Positions 1 to 14,300 are shown, numbered from the stretch's first letter. The stretch: DNA of 64,000 nucleotides from Felis catus (GCF_018350175.1 NC_058368.1:133674001-133738000), one strand, 5' to 3'. The notes: generated from the sequence alone by a model not told the origin. Numbers and translations are program-made.

Positions 1-949
1 CAGCATTTCCTGAAACAGACGGAAAGGGCTTACTTGGAGAAAAATAAAGGACAGAGTACAACCACACTTGTATTTGGATAACTTTTAAAATAAATTTAGT
101 TTTCTTTTCAGTAATTTCTTCCCTCCCACCCCCCACCCATATTGAAGCAAGAATTCAGAATATCCCTCGTCAAAGGCGAGTGGAAGTCCAGTGTCCTTTT
201 GAATGTTAGAAACCCAGAAACAAAACGAAGGAAAAATAGAGTGTTGCATCTGAATTAGCATTTAAAGTGGCATGTTTATATAAAAAGAGAATGGTGTAAT
301 ATATCCTGAGAGTAAAGAGAGGATTTCAGCCTGTGAAAGAATGTCAATTGCATTTATATATTCATCGAATAGCCAGTTTGGTATTTGGCATATATTTGCA
401 GCGGCTTTTAACATGCATGTATTCATCTTCTGTGAAGTGGGTGGGAGGAGACCTACTGGATAGAAGCAACATAGGATGGATCTTCTTACCTTTGAAACCT
501 TGAGGAAAACCTTAATTTTGCTCCAGGGCAGGAAGGGTTAGGTCCCCCAGAGAGGTTTATGCATTCACATTTCCAAAAACACTTGAGAGTGCAAATTAGA
601 ATCTGGAGGAGGGGAAGTGTGGGGGGGGGGGGGGCGGTTGGGAAGGAGCTTATGGACTTTCCACCAGCTGTCAAGGTGAACCTAAAATATCATGCCCAGT
701 TGAGAACAACTGCTCTTAGAGCTTCAGGGTATATGGTGGCAAACTGGGTTTCTGGATGCCCATAAGGCCCAAGGGAATGTTCTCTACTTCACATTTACTA
801 GAATAACTTTTAAGGAAAAATGAGTCAAACAGGACTTTGGAAAGAGTTTTCAGTGTGCAATCCTTTTCAGCAAGGCTTGTGTAGGGTGACCCCCTAAGGC
901 CACTTGATGGATGTTTCTCACCAAAAGCCACCTTCTCCAGTCTGTAACT

Positions 950-1390
950 CAGTAGGCATTTCAGAGCCTGGAGTTGAGTCACGTTGCCTGGATTTCAGTC
1001 TGGTCTCCACCATTTACCCAGTGCTGTGACCTTCAGACGGTTACTGAGCTTCTAGGTGTCTTTGTTTCCTCATTTGTTTCCTCATTTGTAAACTTTTTTA
1101 TTTTCATTTATTTATTTGCTTAGAGAAAGAGCACAAGCCAGGGAGGGCAGAAAGAAAAGGGGAGAGAGAGAGAATTCCAAGCAGGCTCTGCACTGTCAGA
1201 GCAGAGCCAGATGTGGGGCTTGAACTGAGGAACCATGAGATCTTGACCTGAGCCAAAACCAAGAGTCAGATGCTTAACGAACTGAGCTACCCAGGAGCCC
1301 CAGATGGAGAGTGTTTTGAAAATTAAATTAGTTAACATTTGTAAAGTGTTTAAAACAGTGTCTGTCATACTATATTATGTAAGTGTTCTG
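950..1390 (+). mobile_element. MIR fragment interrupted by a CAN-SINE
   Basis: MIR core tgtgaccttcag..gttact..tgtttcctcatttgtaaa, resuming after 1301 with ..atttgtaaagtgtttaaaacagtgtctg. Confidence 0.7.
1094..1301 (-). mobile_element. CAN-SINE
   Basis: gagatcttgacctgagcc...ccaggagcccc with T-rich tail. Confidence 0.9.
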
Positions 1391-3405
1391 TGAAACAGAA
1401 CATACTGGGAATTAAGCCCTCCCTGTACCATCCTCTCCCCCATCTCTTATTTTTGTCCTGTAGAATTAGGCCAGAGACTGCAAAGTAGGCAGAGGAAGTT
1501 GCTTTAACCAGATCATTTGCCTAGCATTTTCTAAAAGACTGTCCCCCCCCCCCCCCAGTTTTTGTCAATGGTGATGTTTTAAAGAGGCATTTGGCCCCCA
1601 TATCCTTGGGTAGGTCTTTCCCCCATATCCCATGATGGTCAAGCCTGGTAACAGGAGGTTTCCAGGTGACTGTGAGGACAGAACATATACATATTCTGGC
1701 TTTATATCATCTGGCTCTGCGGGCACTTTTTGTGCGCAGTGGCCCCTTTTCCAGAATAATCTACCTATCCTTTTTCTCAGTGTAGTATACAGATCACTTC
1801 TTAAAATTGTGTTTTGGGATAGGCAGGTGTTGAGGAAAATGAAGTTGGGTATTATATATGTCCATATGAAAAATTTTAGTCAGAATTTCATACCTAGAAG
1901 AAACTTGAACAGAAATATGATGGAACATGCCTTTGAGAAATGTAGAACTAACAACACAGAGGATTTGAGATTTGCTTGTATTCAGGATAGTTCTGTGAAC
2001 TGGGACCAGAATTTAGAGTTCCTACACACAGGGACTGGAAGGCAACCTTTCTGTTTGAGGAGCGTAATACACTTGAGTTGGAAAGAGATCATCAGCAAGG
2101 ATGTGGGTGTGCTTTCTTCTGAAAGACATGAATTTTAGCATCAACATCCCCAGTGTGGTTAAAACAAATGGTAGACACCACACAGTATGCTTGACTTCAC
2201 CGTGGTTGTCATGATTTCTTTGAACATTTTGGAAAGCTTAGCCCCAGCTCTTCCTGAGTGTTCATACTTATACTTAAAGCTGCAACCAAAGGGAAGACCT
2301 CCAGGCACATGCCAGATATGCCCGGATGTGAAGTTTATTCAGACTGCTAAGGAGACTAGGGAGAGCCATGCTGGCGGGGTGTGGTAGGCCCAGCCACAGT
2401 AACAGGTGTGCCCATTATCCAGGCAGATATGAGTGGAGCAGCTGAGTTCTGTATTGTCCTCTCTACCCTGAGGTGTGGTAGTGAGTCAGGCCCTCTGAGG
2501 GGAGCCTTGGAGAGGTGGGTGGTAGCTGGAAGACTGGGCATGCATCTTGGTGTTTCACCTTAGAATCTCTGCCCTTTCCTCAGCTGTTCTGACTCCCAAG
2601 AATTCAACTCCCTGCTCTTTTTCTTTTTTTTTTTTTTTTCTTAGATCCTTGTGGCAGCTGACTGACCTAATCGGCTGGGGCAAAGTTATTTGAGTGGTCC
2701 CTCTGTTTTTCTGAAGTAGGGGTCCCACATGAGAGCACCTTGGTGGGTCAGTTCTTTTATTTGAACACACATGGATTGTCTTTTAACGTGTTGTTATATA
2801 AAGTCCCCTCTCCTGGGATGAGTTTGAGGGCTTCTCCATGCTCAAGTTTTGGAACCTAAGATGTGTCCATTGAACATGCCCGCCATTGTACATTTCTCTT
2901 CCCATGGTCTTCTGGGATCTTCTTCACCTCCTAAGCCACCCAAGTAACTTGTGATGGGTACCATAAGGAAATTCAATGCAGATAGTTCTGTAAGGAGGGG
3001 GGAAGGTTTCATTAAGTATATTCTATGAATTTTATTTGCATGTGAAAATAGGTGACATCAATTTGACCTAGCACAGAAGAATAAATTTTGATTTTTTCCG
3101 AAATGAATATTGTAATCATAATAAATTCAAATATGCCTATTATATGGAAGGGAAGATTTTCAAATGCCTTTTTTCTAGAACTGTAAAACCTTTCAAGATA
3201 TATTTGCATATTTTGTCGATCTTTATGTGAAAGTGTTCTTATTCTGTTAGAAAATATTAGTGTGGCATATGCTTTGTGCTCTTGACTATATAGGAAAAGT
3301 GATTTCTAACTTGTGTTGTGTCATCCAGATCAATGAGATTAACATTGGGATGACATTAGCATTGAGTGCCAAACTCTTAATAAACCGTGATTTTCCAACG
3401 AAGTC

Positions 3406-3426
3406 TTTTTTTTTAGTTTATTTATT

Positions 3427-3461
<35 letters not shown>

Positions 3462-3628
3462 ACGCTCACACACAAGTGGGGGAGGGGCAAGGAGAGACAG
3501 AATCTGAAGCAGGCTGCGGGCTCTGAGCTGTCAGCACAGAGCCGGACACGGGGCTCAGACTTCCGGACCCCGAGATCATGACCTGAGCTGAAGTCAGACA
3601 CTTAACCAACTGAGCCATCCAGGCGCCC
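3406..3628 (-). mobile_element. CAN-SINE (SINEC_Fc type)
   Basis: (GA)n, ctctgagctgtcagcacagagcc, aggcgccc. Confidence 0.92.
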
Positions 3629-4789
3629 TTCCACTGCAGCCTTATAATGTTATTGTTGGTGGTCGTCTGTGCTTTTCCTTAGGTCAGCTTTGAGGCAGAG
3701 CTTATCTTTGGGTTTCTTTTTATTTTTTGAAAACCATTCGCTTTGGGAAGTTGGCACCATATGACATGGTATGTAGCTGCTGTGAAACAAATGATAGCGT
3801 TTTGTTGCAGGGACAGTGAGGACCTTCCCCCTGTGCTGGCAGCAGGACAGAGCGAGGGAGTGTTCTCAGTTTCTGAGCTCTCCTTGGCCTCTCTGCTGAG
3901 GCACTAAATGGTATTTGCTCTGCATAGAGCACACGAGTGAGTTCACCAGCGGTTTTGCATTTCAGGTTTTGCATTACTAAAGTGTAGTGTTTAGTATCTT
4001 AACAAATCAAGAATCAATTATCTGGGAGAATAAGCAGAAGGTTTTTTATGTCTAGGATAAATTAGTTTAAATGCTAAAACCAATCCTTGTGGATTAAAGA
4101 AGCACTTGGGAGCAATGGAGTATATTTTAAAAATGCACTTGACATCATATCCTGAAAAGAAATTAATAGATCAGTACATGGGTTTCATGTCTTAAGGGAA
4201 AAATGGTGGCTTTTTCTTAGGTGGGATTCCAAAGTATTGCCAATTTGTATGTAAATGCAGTTGATTCTGATAGAATCGTAGGGAAAAATAGTGTCATCAA
4301 ACATCTGGTTAAAGCTTGCTACTTAATTATTATCTTTGAGAATTCAGGCCACTTGGCTTTATTCTCATTTTTCTTTCTTTGTTTTTTTTCTTGAAAGATG
4401 TGGTCAGACTTACTTTGAAAACCACAGGAGGATTAGTGATGGTGGTGATTGTCTCAGGATATACTTAAAAAGAGAATTACAGTGAAGGTAGTGGAAATTG
4501 GTACCTCTTGAGGCTCCACCAAATCTCTCCCTGTCCAGCACATACCTTTGCTCCCTGATTTAACACTACCCAGGCTGTATTATGTTAAGTACCCAGGAAT
4601 TTTGAATTTTATTTGTATTACTCCACTGCGCAATTTTAAACAAAACAAGTACACAGACCCTTCAAAAACACTTCTCATGAAATCCCATGTAGCATGAACC
4701 GGTTTCAGCTGTACCCAGAGCAGTAGAGGCCTACATGGTCTACCAGTTAATATTTCCCCCAACAGCTAATAATTCCCCCCGACATCTTT

Positions 4790-5900
4790 CAGAAAAATAA
4801 AATAGATTTATGGAAGCATAATTGGCATACAGTAAACTGTACTTAATTTAAGGTACACAATTTCATAAATGTCTTATGTATATACTTGTGAAACCACCAC
4901 CATATCAAGGGAATGAAGTAGCCGTCCTGCCCAGAAGTTTCTTTTTACTGATTTATTACACCCTGCGTTTTCTCAAATTTTAAATAAATGGAACACTACT
5001 GGTGGTACTTTTTTGGGGGGGGGAGGGAAATCTCATTTCTTTCACTCAGCTTAATTATTCTGAGATTCATTTATGTTGTAGCATATGTTAATAGTTCATT
5101 CCTTATTGCTAAGTAATATCGTATCGAATGGGTACAGTTTGATTATTCACAGTTTGATTAGCCATCCGTTTGTTGATGGACATTTGGGTTGCTTATACTT
5201 TGGGGCCATAATAGGTAAAACTGCTATATATGATTGGTAAACTTTCTCCCAACTTGTGGCTTGTGTTTTCAGTCTCTTGACAGCATCAGTTGAAGAGCAA
5301 ATGTTTTCGATTTTATTAAAATTAAAATCTGTATTATCTGTATTATCATTTTTTTTCCTTCGGTGAATATACTTGTGGTGTTGCATCTAAGCCATCTTTA
5401 CCTGACCTAGGTCACAAAGCTTTTCTCCTGTTTTTTTTTCCCCCCAGAATGTTTATAGTTTGGGATTTTACATTAAGTCTGTAATCCCTTTTGAGTTAAT
5501 TTTGTATATGGGTGAAGCATGGATTGAAGCTCATATTCTTGCAAGTAGTTATCTAATTGTTCCAGCACCATTTGTTGAACAAATGAACCTTTCTCTGCTG
5601 AGTTGTTTTTTACCTTTGTTGAAAATCACTTGCTCTCACTATATGTGTGTGTCTTTTTGCAGACTTTGTTCTCTCAATGACCTATTTGTCATTCCATCAC
5701 TACCACAATGTTTTGATTATTATGGCTTTATAATAAGTCTAGATATTAGGTAGCGTTTGTTCTCCATCTTGATTTTTTTCCAGAGTTGTTTCGGCTATTT
5801 TAGGTTCTTAATTTTGGAATCAGTTTGTCAGTTTCCACAAAAAGAAAAACCTGTTGAGATTTTTATTGGAATTGGATTAAATTTTTATATCAGTTTGAGA
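4790..5900 (-). mobile_element. Old LINE-1 (L1M) 3' fragment
   Basis: Antisense L1 3'UTR/ORF2 motifs: ttgatggacatttgggttg, aattgttccagcaccatttgttgaa, ttttggaatcagtttgtcagtttccac. Confidence 0.85.
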
Positions 5901-6422
5901 AGCTGTGAAAAGTTTACCAGTGGTTGTTACAGTGGAACTCTAGTCTTAGAGATGGATTAGGAAGAATAAAGTATGAGTTGTTACAGTGTGGAGAGACTGG
6001 GATGGAGTTGTCCCTCAGGATGGACTGATGGAAGAGCTGAGTGGCCCAGCTGTGGGAATTTGAACTGAGGAATGAATGGCCATAAATGAGCACATACTTT
6101 GTCGAAAAATAATCCCCTCAAAGAAGCCCGAGAGCAATGGTTGGGTGGTTGGTTCGGGGAGCAGCTCAGGTAATGATTTCAAGGTGAATTTAGAGGGATC
6201 TAGGCACACAAGAAGTGTGCAATGGAGAGCTCAGGGTCAACATAGTATGGGAGGGAAGGGGGAACACATGAACAGATGAGATTCTAGAACCTCATGTGTG
6301 CATGGAAAGCTTATGATGCAGAGGATAGAGGAGTAGCATCATACTGTATGCTTGCTGCAATGACTGAGTCTCACAGAACAATGAAGGTCACTTGTGCACT
6401 TGAACTGGTGGTTGGTGTAGAA

Positions 6423-6628
6423 CAGCAGTTCTCAGCCAGGGGGGATTTTGTCCTGTAAGAGGACATTTGACAGTGTGTAGTGACATTTTTGATTGTCACA
6501 ACTACTGGGCGAGTGGGGTTTATCATCTAGTGGGATGCTGCTAAACGTTCTGCAGGGTTCAGGAAAACAGCCCCCAACAAAATCTTATCTCCCCAAAATA
6601 TCAGTAGTGCTCAAGTTGGGGAGCCCTG
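6423..6628 (+). mobile_element. MER20 (hAT-Charlie MITE)
   Basis: cagcagttctcagccaggggggattttg...gacatttttgattgtcacaact...gagccctg flanked by gtgtagaa/gtctagag. Confidence 0.8.
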
Positions 6629-6929
6629 GTCTAGAGAGGAAAGACTAGAAAAGAGGGTGGAATAGGAGTGGAACTGATAGATTTCTCTGGCACCTCATGT
6701 CCTTATTGTCTTGAGGAGAGGTGATCATGGACAATTACCCAAGATGATCAGGAATTAGTCTGTGGAAGTCTTCAGAAATGTTTCCAGGAGATATCTAAAA
6801 AAAAGCTTTACCAAATAAAGCTAGTTTAACAAAAGCATGCCTTGACTACAAATAAATGGAAGAAATGTTGAACATCTGAGTTAACTTGCTTAAGAAGAAA
6901 ACATTTGTTTGAACATTGGCCATAGATGA

Positions 6930-7640
6930 ATATCAATTGGGATACCTTTGATTGCAGGTAATAAAAAACCTAACTCAAAGTGGTTGAAAAAATAAAGGAA
7001 GTTTACCAGCTCATGTAACTAATAGTCCAGGCTCCTGGCAGGGGTTGGTCCAGAGGTTCATGGTTGCCACAGGACCCAAATTTCTCCCCCCTTGAGGCTT
7101 CCTTCATAGCTCTACGTGGCTGCCAGCAGTTTTCATACTTTTTTCTTATTCATTCCCACCAGGAGATGTTTTTTCTCCTGTCATTGTGAGTTTTTCTTAG
7201 AGTAGGCCATCCTAAACTATGTGTCCCCCTTGAATATGGTAATATTAAAACAATTCTTTCACTAGTTTAGACTGGTGCTCTCCAGTATGGTAGCCGCTAG
7301 CCACATGTAGCTATTGAGATGTTGAAATGTAGCTAGTCCGACTTGAGATACGAAAAAATGTGGAATAGCTCATTAATAATTTGTATATTAGCTGTATGTT
7401 GAAATGGTGCTATTTGGGGATATTCTGAGTTAGAATGCTAATACATGATTAAAAATACTTTCACCTGTGTCTCTAAAGTTTTTTTTTACCGTGACTCCTA
7501 GAAAATTAAAATTATAGAAGTGGCTCTAAGTTGTAGTTCTTTTCAACAGAACTGGCTTAGACTATTCAGGAGTCCCTGGGAATCCGACCCACCCAAACCA
7601 CATGGCTAATAGACATATGGGAGAGAGATGGGATGGATAT
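6930..7640 (-). mobile_element. MLT1 (K/L-like) MaLR solo LTR, interrupted by MER33
   Basis: ttgattgcaggtaataaaaaacctaactcaaagtggttg...ctcatgtaact. Confidence 0.6.
7273..7554. mobile_element. MER33/MER3-like hAT MITE with 8-bp TSD
   Basis: tggtagccgctagccacatgtagctattgag; TSD gtttagac (7265-7272) / gcttagac (7555-7562). Confidence 0.8.
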
Positions 7641-7779
7641 TGGGCAAGCAATTAAACAAGAATACTGTGATGACTGGCATGAGCAAAGAAAGAAATATTT
7701 GTTTATTTGCTCCTCTTTCACTGAGGATGAATGTGTGGAGACACTGCCCTACTACCACTAATAAGAGCTAATCATTGTT

Positions 7780-9190
7780 CCTTAAATATATTTTTGAAAA
7801 TTACAAAATTAATAGGGTGCTCCTGGTAAATAGTGAAACAACACAGAAATACACTAAGAGGATGTAAATAACTCCCATCCCTTCTAATTCCTGCCTCCAC
7901 TTACAACCCTGGGCAGGTGTTGTCAGTCTCGTCTGTATTCCTCTATTCCTTCCTTCATGTACACACGAGTGTTTCCAACTTCATTGTTGTGTTGCTGCTG
8001 TTGCTGCCGTTTTAAGATGGGATTCTAGCACTTACCCTTCAGTTTCCTTTTCTTACCTCACCAATCTCCTCCAAGTCGGCATCTACAGATTTATCCTGTT
8101 CTTTTTAATAATTGCATATTATAGATACATCACATTTCATTTAATCATTTCTCCATCAGTATGCTTTCGTGCTATTTCCTGGCCCCCCTCGTCCTCTACC
8201 ACACAACAAACAATGCTGCAATCAACATCTTTGTACCTGTGTCCTTACGTACTGGTCCTTTTTTTTTTTTCTTCTATAGGATAGATTCCCAGAAGTGGAA
8301 TTGCTTGGTCAAACGGTATGTGTATTTTTAATTTTCACAGATAAAGCTAAATTAGTTTCCTCAAAGGAATAGCCAATCATATTTGCACGTAACAGTGCCC
8401 ATTTCTGACATTCTCATCTGCATTAGATGTCACTGCTCCTTTTGATGCTTACCAATCTCATTATCCCTGGTCATTCATTTACATTTTCTTCACTCTTGTG
8501 GATGTTGAGAATATTTTCATGTGTTTAGTATCCATGTGAATTTTCCCTTTCTTCACTGCATATTCATTTCCACTGTCCATTTTTCTGCTTGGTTGTGTTT
8601 TTCTTTCACATATTCTGGGAGCTGCAGTGTCTTAGAAACGTTAATCGTTTGTTAGATGTGTGCAAATATATCTTTACAGTTCTTGTCTCTGTGTGTGTTG
8701 TCTTTTGCCAAATGAAAATTGTTAATTATTAATTAATCAAATATGTCTGTCTTTTTCTTTATTGCTTCTGAGATAATCTGTTTTGCTCAGGGTGGTGTAT
8801 CCATCTCAAGGTCATATAAATATTTTCTTACATTTTCTCCCCAAGTTTTAAAACATTCAAGTCTTACTGCAGTGTTAAGTTTTGCACATGATATGAGGTA
8901 GGATTGTCTTTATTAATTTCTCGTTATTACAAGAACCTTTATCATGGGGTTGAAATGTTATTCTTGTCACATATAAAGATGCCATATGTATTTGGATCTA
9001 TTTCTGGACTCCGTGTTCTGATCCCTATCTATTTCTGGGCCAACACCGTTCTGCTTTGAATGCAGTGGCTTTCTAGTGAGTTCTAATGCCTGGTAAGTTC
9101 TTCACTGGTCTTAACACTTTTCACTGTTGTTTTAGCCATTTTTTTTTCCATATTGTGGTTAAAATAAATTTAAGACTTAATGTTGGGGGG
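7780..9190 (-). mobile_element. Ancient LINE-1 (L1ME-like) 3' fragment hosting the MAST4 cassette exon
   Basis: aaacaatgctgcaatcaacatctttgtac..., ggatagattcccagaagtggaattgct, catatgtatttggatctatttctggactc. Confidence 0.8.
8280..8315 (+). CDS. MAST4: MAST4 36-nt in-frame alternative (cassette) exon encoding (L)IDSQKWNCLVK(R), derived from antisense L1
   Basis: Acceptor ccttac..cc(t)12cttctatAG|G ATA GAT TCC CAG AAG TGG AAT TGC TTG GTC AAA CG|GTatgt donor. Length is a multiple of 3, phase 2-2. Peptide matches my recollection of MAST4 isoforms reading ...RRGSLIDSQKWNCLVKR... Confidence 0.85.
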
Positions 9191-11162
9191 TTTTATCTCA
9201 AATGTTTTGAATATAAAAGGTAATATAATAATATATGATAGATACAATTGAAAAATTAATAATTCTCAGTTTGTGGATCTCTTTGCTTACTGTTCCTAAT
9301 TGGAAGATATTTACTGATAAACAGAGGCCTTATTTTGTCTGTGAATTGATTCTTCGTATGTGATTTCACGTTGTCTCTCTGATAATTGTACAGCTACCAT
9401 AAGATGGAGAAATGGGGGTTGTAGACATGCTATGGTGCAATCTATCAAAAAAATAGATTGTTGCATTAAAGATAAAATGACTAATGTTTTCAGTGACTGT
9501 GACCTTATAACACTTTATATTTCTGTTTATACGCCGAACTGTAGAATACACTCATACCTGGATTGGTTGATGGGTACATCAATAATGTAAACAAAGAACT
9601 GTAGACATGCATATCAAACCATGTATTTTGTGATCTTTTGTGATTTGATTCTTCCAAAACTTTAATCTTGACATAAGAAATTGTCACACTTGAAGCGTTG
9701 GGTAATGTCTCATGTTTTACATGTTTTTGATAATTCTTAGCTTTGTGTTAATGTGTTATTAACTTAATTGTGTTCACTGATATTCTCAATTGCCTTGTGG
9801 AAACTTTACTCATAATATTAAATCACTAAATACCTTTGGTTTTTCTAATGGCGTTTGAAAATATTGTAGCTAAACACTAAAACTGCCTGTGATTAAAAAT
9901 AATCATAACATAGATAGATACATATACAAATACACATAAGGTTGTATTTTGCTTATGAAAGTAAAGGGACATTCCCATATAGGTTCCATGCATGTTTACT
10001 TGGTTTATTAGAAAAAAAAAAAAAATTAGTTCTGTAGCCAAAAATGAAATGGTAAAATAATTAATGTATTGTGATTATTATTGAATGAAATACTTGGAAA
10101 AAATACAATTATGTTTTAAAAAAATGAGATTCCTTGTACTTTTAATGGTATTATAATTCAAATAAATGAATTGGTATGGCAATTTTTGGCATGCGTATGA
10201 ATATTAAAGACAGTAATTTAGAAAAGAGAGGGGGAATTTATTTAAATTATTCACATTGAGACCAAAAAAAGGACTTAGTTTAGTTAAATTTAAACCATCT
10301 GTGTGAACTTAGACTCTTCATTAAATCATAGCCAAATATAATTTTTCCCCTCTGTTCTAAAGAAGGTAATGAACAGTTAGCTCCTGGCTTCCCTCCAGCT
10401 CAGATATCCAGTACCATCCTACACACTCCCCACGTAGCCTGATTCTGGCCACTAATATTACTTTCCACTAAAGGTCAGCAAGACTTTTCTAGGAACATAA
10501 CTAGATGCCATGATTAGTAGGGAAAATTTTGTTAGTTTCAGATTGGGTTTGTTTGGTTTTGTTTTGTGCTGAAGATCAAGGATGCTTTCAATAGTGTGTG
10601 GAGCTTGAGCTGTTAAGGTCAGATGAACCAAACTCAAGGAACTCCTTCTGCAAACCCACAGTGGAAATTTAAGTGACAGAGGAAATGGTAATGACAAGCC
10701 ATTGAAAAAGTTCAGCTTACCAAAAGCCAAGGGCAGGTCTTGTTCTGTCATAGGTGACAAATGATAGAAACTCTGCTAAAGAAAAGGCATATCATGTTTC
10801 TGGTATTTTCAAATAAGCCATATTTTGATCTGAACTCAGATTCCATTTCCTGTACTCAAGTTATAATCAGGATCAACATTGACAGTTGATAAACATAAAT
10901 ACAAAAAGATATAATTAGGGTATATTTTAAATATAATCATGTATGTAAATTCTACATTGTTAATTTTAAAATAAAATTGTTTTTAAATATATGTAGGCTA
11001 TTTCAGGAACTGAAAATAACAGTAGAAAACAATAAATAAGGGTATCGTAAGAATAATAAAGGAATTTTTTAAAGCAAATAATGTCAAACATTTAAGACTT
11101 TAACTTGCTCCACAGCTGCTTGATCCTAGAGACTCTGGAAGATGTGTTTAAAATAGGAGAGA

Positions 11163-11389
11163 GGGGCACCTGGGTGGGTCAGTCAGTTAAATGTCCAAGT
11201 CTTGATTTTGGCTGATGTCATGATCTCACGGTTTGTGAGTTTGAGCCCCGTGGGGGGCTCTGTGCTGACAGTGAGGAGCGTGCTTGGGATTCTCTCTTTC
11301 CCTCTCTTTCTGCCCCTCCCCTGCTCTTGCACACTTGTGTATGCCTTCTCTGCCTCTAAGAATAGATAAGCTTTGAAAAAAAAAAAAAA
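11163..11389 (+). mobile_element. CAN-SINE
   Basis: ggggcacctgggtgggtcagtcagttaa...A-tail. Confidence 0.92.
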
Positions 11390-14300
11390 GCATAGACAAC
11401 TTCTCTGTTTTTGTCAAACAAATAAACCTGACCATCTGTGGTCAGAGGTTGGAGTGACTACAGGAGTCCACAGGTGGTGATAAACAGAGTTTTTTGTTCT
11501 TGAAGCCAGAAAAACTGCAGTTTCTACAGTGTACTAACATGTTCAAAACACCATTGCAACCAGAGGACTTGAAGTCCTGCCCAGAGAAGGGACTGGAGGA
11601 ATGTAGGGGGAGATACCCCAAATCCACCACAGGGAATAGAAATCGATGTCTGTGTTGATGTAAATGAATCAACTAAGCGTACATTGAGTCTCTGCCCTTT
11701 ACATAAAGATACTAAGGAAATGATGATATTACCATGCTGACTCAACAACAGTAATATACCTCCCAAAATGTTTCAGGTATTAGGTCAAAGCATTTTTCCT
11801 GAAGGCTAGGGACATCATTCCTGGCCCTGATGAGATGAGGTAAACTGGAGCCCACCTTAATAGGCATTCTTAGTCTGGATCAAGCTAACGTCAAACAGGT
11901 TTATGAGATACTACACTTTTGTAAAGTGAAAAAATCTGAACTACCAACTAAAACTGGATCAAGGTGAATATTTTGTGCAGATGATCCATTTAAGATTGGT
12001 AAAGGTTGCCTCCAAATGACCAAGGTAAAATATAACTTCACTTAACACTGTAGTAATTTAATACCAGTCCCTTGTTCTTACTGAAATTGTTACCCTCACT
12101 GAATATCACTTTTGTGTGTTTGGCATCATCTGAAATTGTCTCAAAGTAGAATATCACCAACGTCTCGTCTCTCTTTTGCTTGAACGTACCACTAGAATAT
12201 GTTAAGCCTTCTACACATAGAGGTCGAACAAATACCTATAGAACAGATCCGCTGTAAGTGTGGGACTTCTGTAGTGCTTCTCTTTTAAACAGGTCTGTTG
12301 GTAGTAAAGTGTAGTTTCATCAGAGAAGATTTATTTCTTTTGGAGTGAGATCCCATCCTGTCCCTGGGCTGATGGCAGAAATTATAAATCAGCTGTAATT
12401 GTGATGTAAGCACTTGACTTTTCTGCTGTCAGGGTGTCTGTCCATTAAAAACTGTGTTGAGGCTGCTCCGTTCATTCAGGCAAAGCCACTGGGTCAGTAG
12501 TCAATGACCGTTATTCTCTGTGCCTTAAAGAGGAATATAGCTGCTTCTCTGGGGAAACCTTTTGTGAGCTGGGGATGTGTACTGCCAGCTACCTTGAACT
12601 CCCAGGTTATGTTATGGCAAAGGACAACTTTTTAAAATGATACATTAAATTTGACCCCTGGTTATTTGTTATACGTCTAAATGTTGAAATGTCAGTCTCC
12701 TTGAGTTTTTGTTGTCATTTCTGCTACCATCCAAATGCTAACAAATGAAATAACTATTTGGAAGAAAAAAAAAAGATGAAGAACCATTGGTACCCTCTCC
12801 TACTATTGGATTTTTCTCTTACAAACGGGTAGGACTATTGAAATATATGTGTAGAAAACTTCAAAAGTGAACCTGTCAAAGCAGTAGAATGTAAAGATAT
12901 TTTGAATATAATTGCAGTTGAAAAGAATATATATAATTGCAGTTGTATTCAGTAGTAGAAAAAAAAATCAAAGCATTTCTCCTTAATGCCATCCCGAGGT
13001 GTGGAATATGTTGTAAGAATGTGTAGAATATTCACACGAAGGAGCATATCTCAGCATTCTCCAATTTAAGATAGCACATGTCCCCCAACCTTTAATTTAT
13101 CTGACCAGGTCTCCACCAGATCTGTTAAGGCCCCTTCATTTTCATCTTCTTAGACATCCAGCCATGGAGCATAAGATCACATTTGTAGGGACACTGTGAC
13201 TGAACAAATATTGTCCTTTACATGGTGCTTTCAGAAGAATCCTTTTATCTTCTAGAGGGCTCCTTGGATGTCTGGACAATGAAGAATCTTAGCAAGCTGT
13301 TTCTATACCAGAACCCTTGGAGCTTAACACACTTTGAACTAGATTGCTCCCCATTGCAGGGCCACAATAAAAAGTGGGGTTTTTCATAGTCCTTGCATTG
13401 ATGTTTGCAAAGCCAGATGGCTTTGTAAAATGAGCCCCAAAGCAGTATAACTGATTAAAAGAAATGCCAGGTAGTTGAAGGCTTTCGTACCCAATGTGAG
13501 CCTGGCAGAAAGAATTGTTCTCTTGAGGTACATTAATATTGGGCAATCTCACTCCCATCTTTAGGGGTCAGCCAATGACAATTGAGACAGGTGTTGGCAG
13601 CAGGAGCCTTAAAAATGAAGGCTGGAAAAAATATCTCTAGCCAGCCATGGGAGACCTGCTTCAAAAAGAAATGAAGCGGACCAGTGACGAAGTGCTTTGA
13701 GGGTTAGAGGTGCTTTGCGAGGCTGTAGCTCACCCACTTTGAGTTTTTCTCTCATTCTTGGCTTGTATGTACTGTATCCTAAATCTGCATGTGCCTGAAA
13801 CCCTAAAGGTTCCATTGCCTCACATCTCAGGGCTGCTGTCATCCTGCTTCTCTGTCAATGACTCTGTTGAGGATGCCGGCGCTCCCGCTTTTTTTTTGTT
13901 GCCCGTATAGAAATCATTCTGCTCATGCCTGTAACCCTGAGCACTGACCTTAACCTAAGAGCACAGTCATCTATTTCAGGTTGTTTGGTGGAAGACTGAT
14001 GGAATCTGGCCTTGTAGGTGGAGGCATTCCGGGATGTAACAAATTGTTCTCCGGCTTCATAACCCACCATCTGATGATTGGGAAATGGGGTTCAGAGCAG
14101 AAGCAAGCTCTAAGATGAGCTTTAAAAACCTGTCATAAAAAGAGGTAGCTGGCCCTGAGTCTAGTTTTTCCATCTTCAGAAAACACTTTAATCCTGCAAT
14201 GTATGTTATATGATAGAGGCTTGAAAACCAGACCGTGTCGCTTTTCCATTTCCTCCCTGCATCTCATTGACGCATCAGACTTGGTGCTGATGGGCTGACA

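Noticed and set aside
606..642. G14 run with flanking G-tracts (possible G-quadruplex)
   Set aside because: Isolated homopolymer with no functional context; length is also prone to sequencing error.
1632..2138. 168-aa plus-strand ORF
   Set aside because: No recognisable domain or exon boundaries; likely chance.
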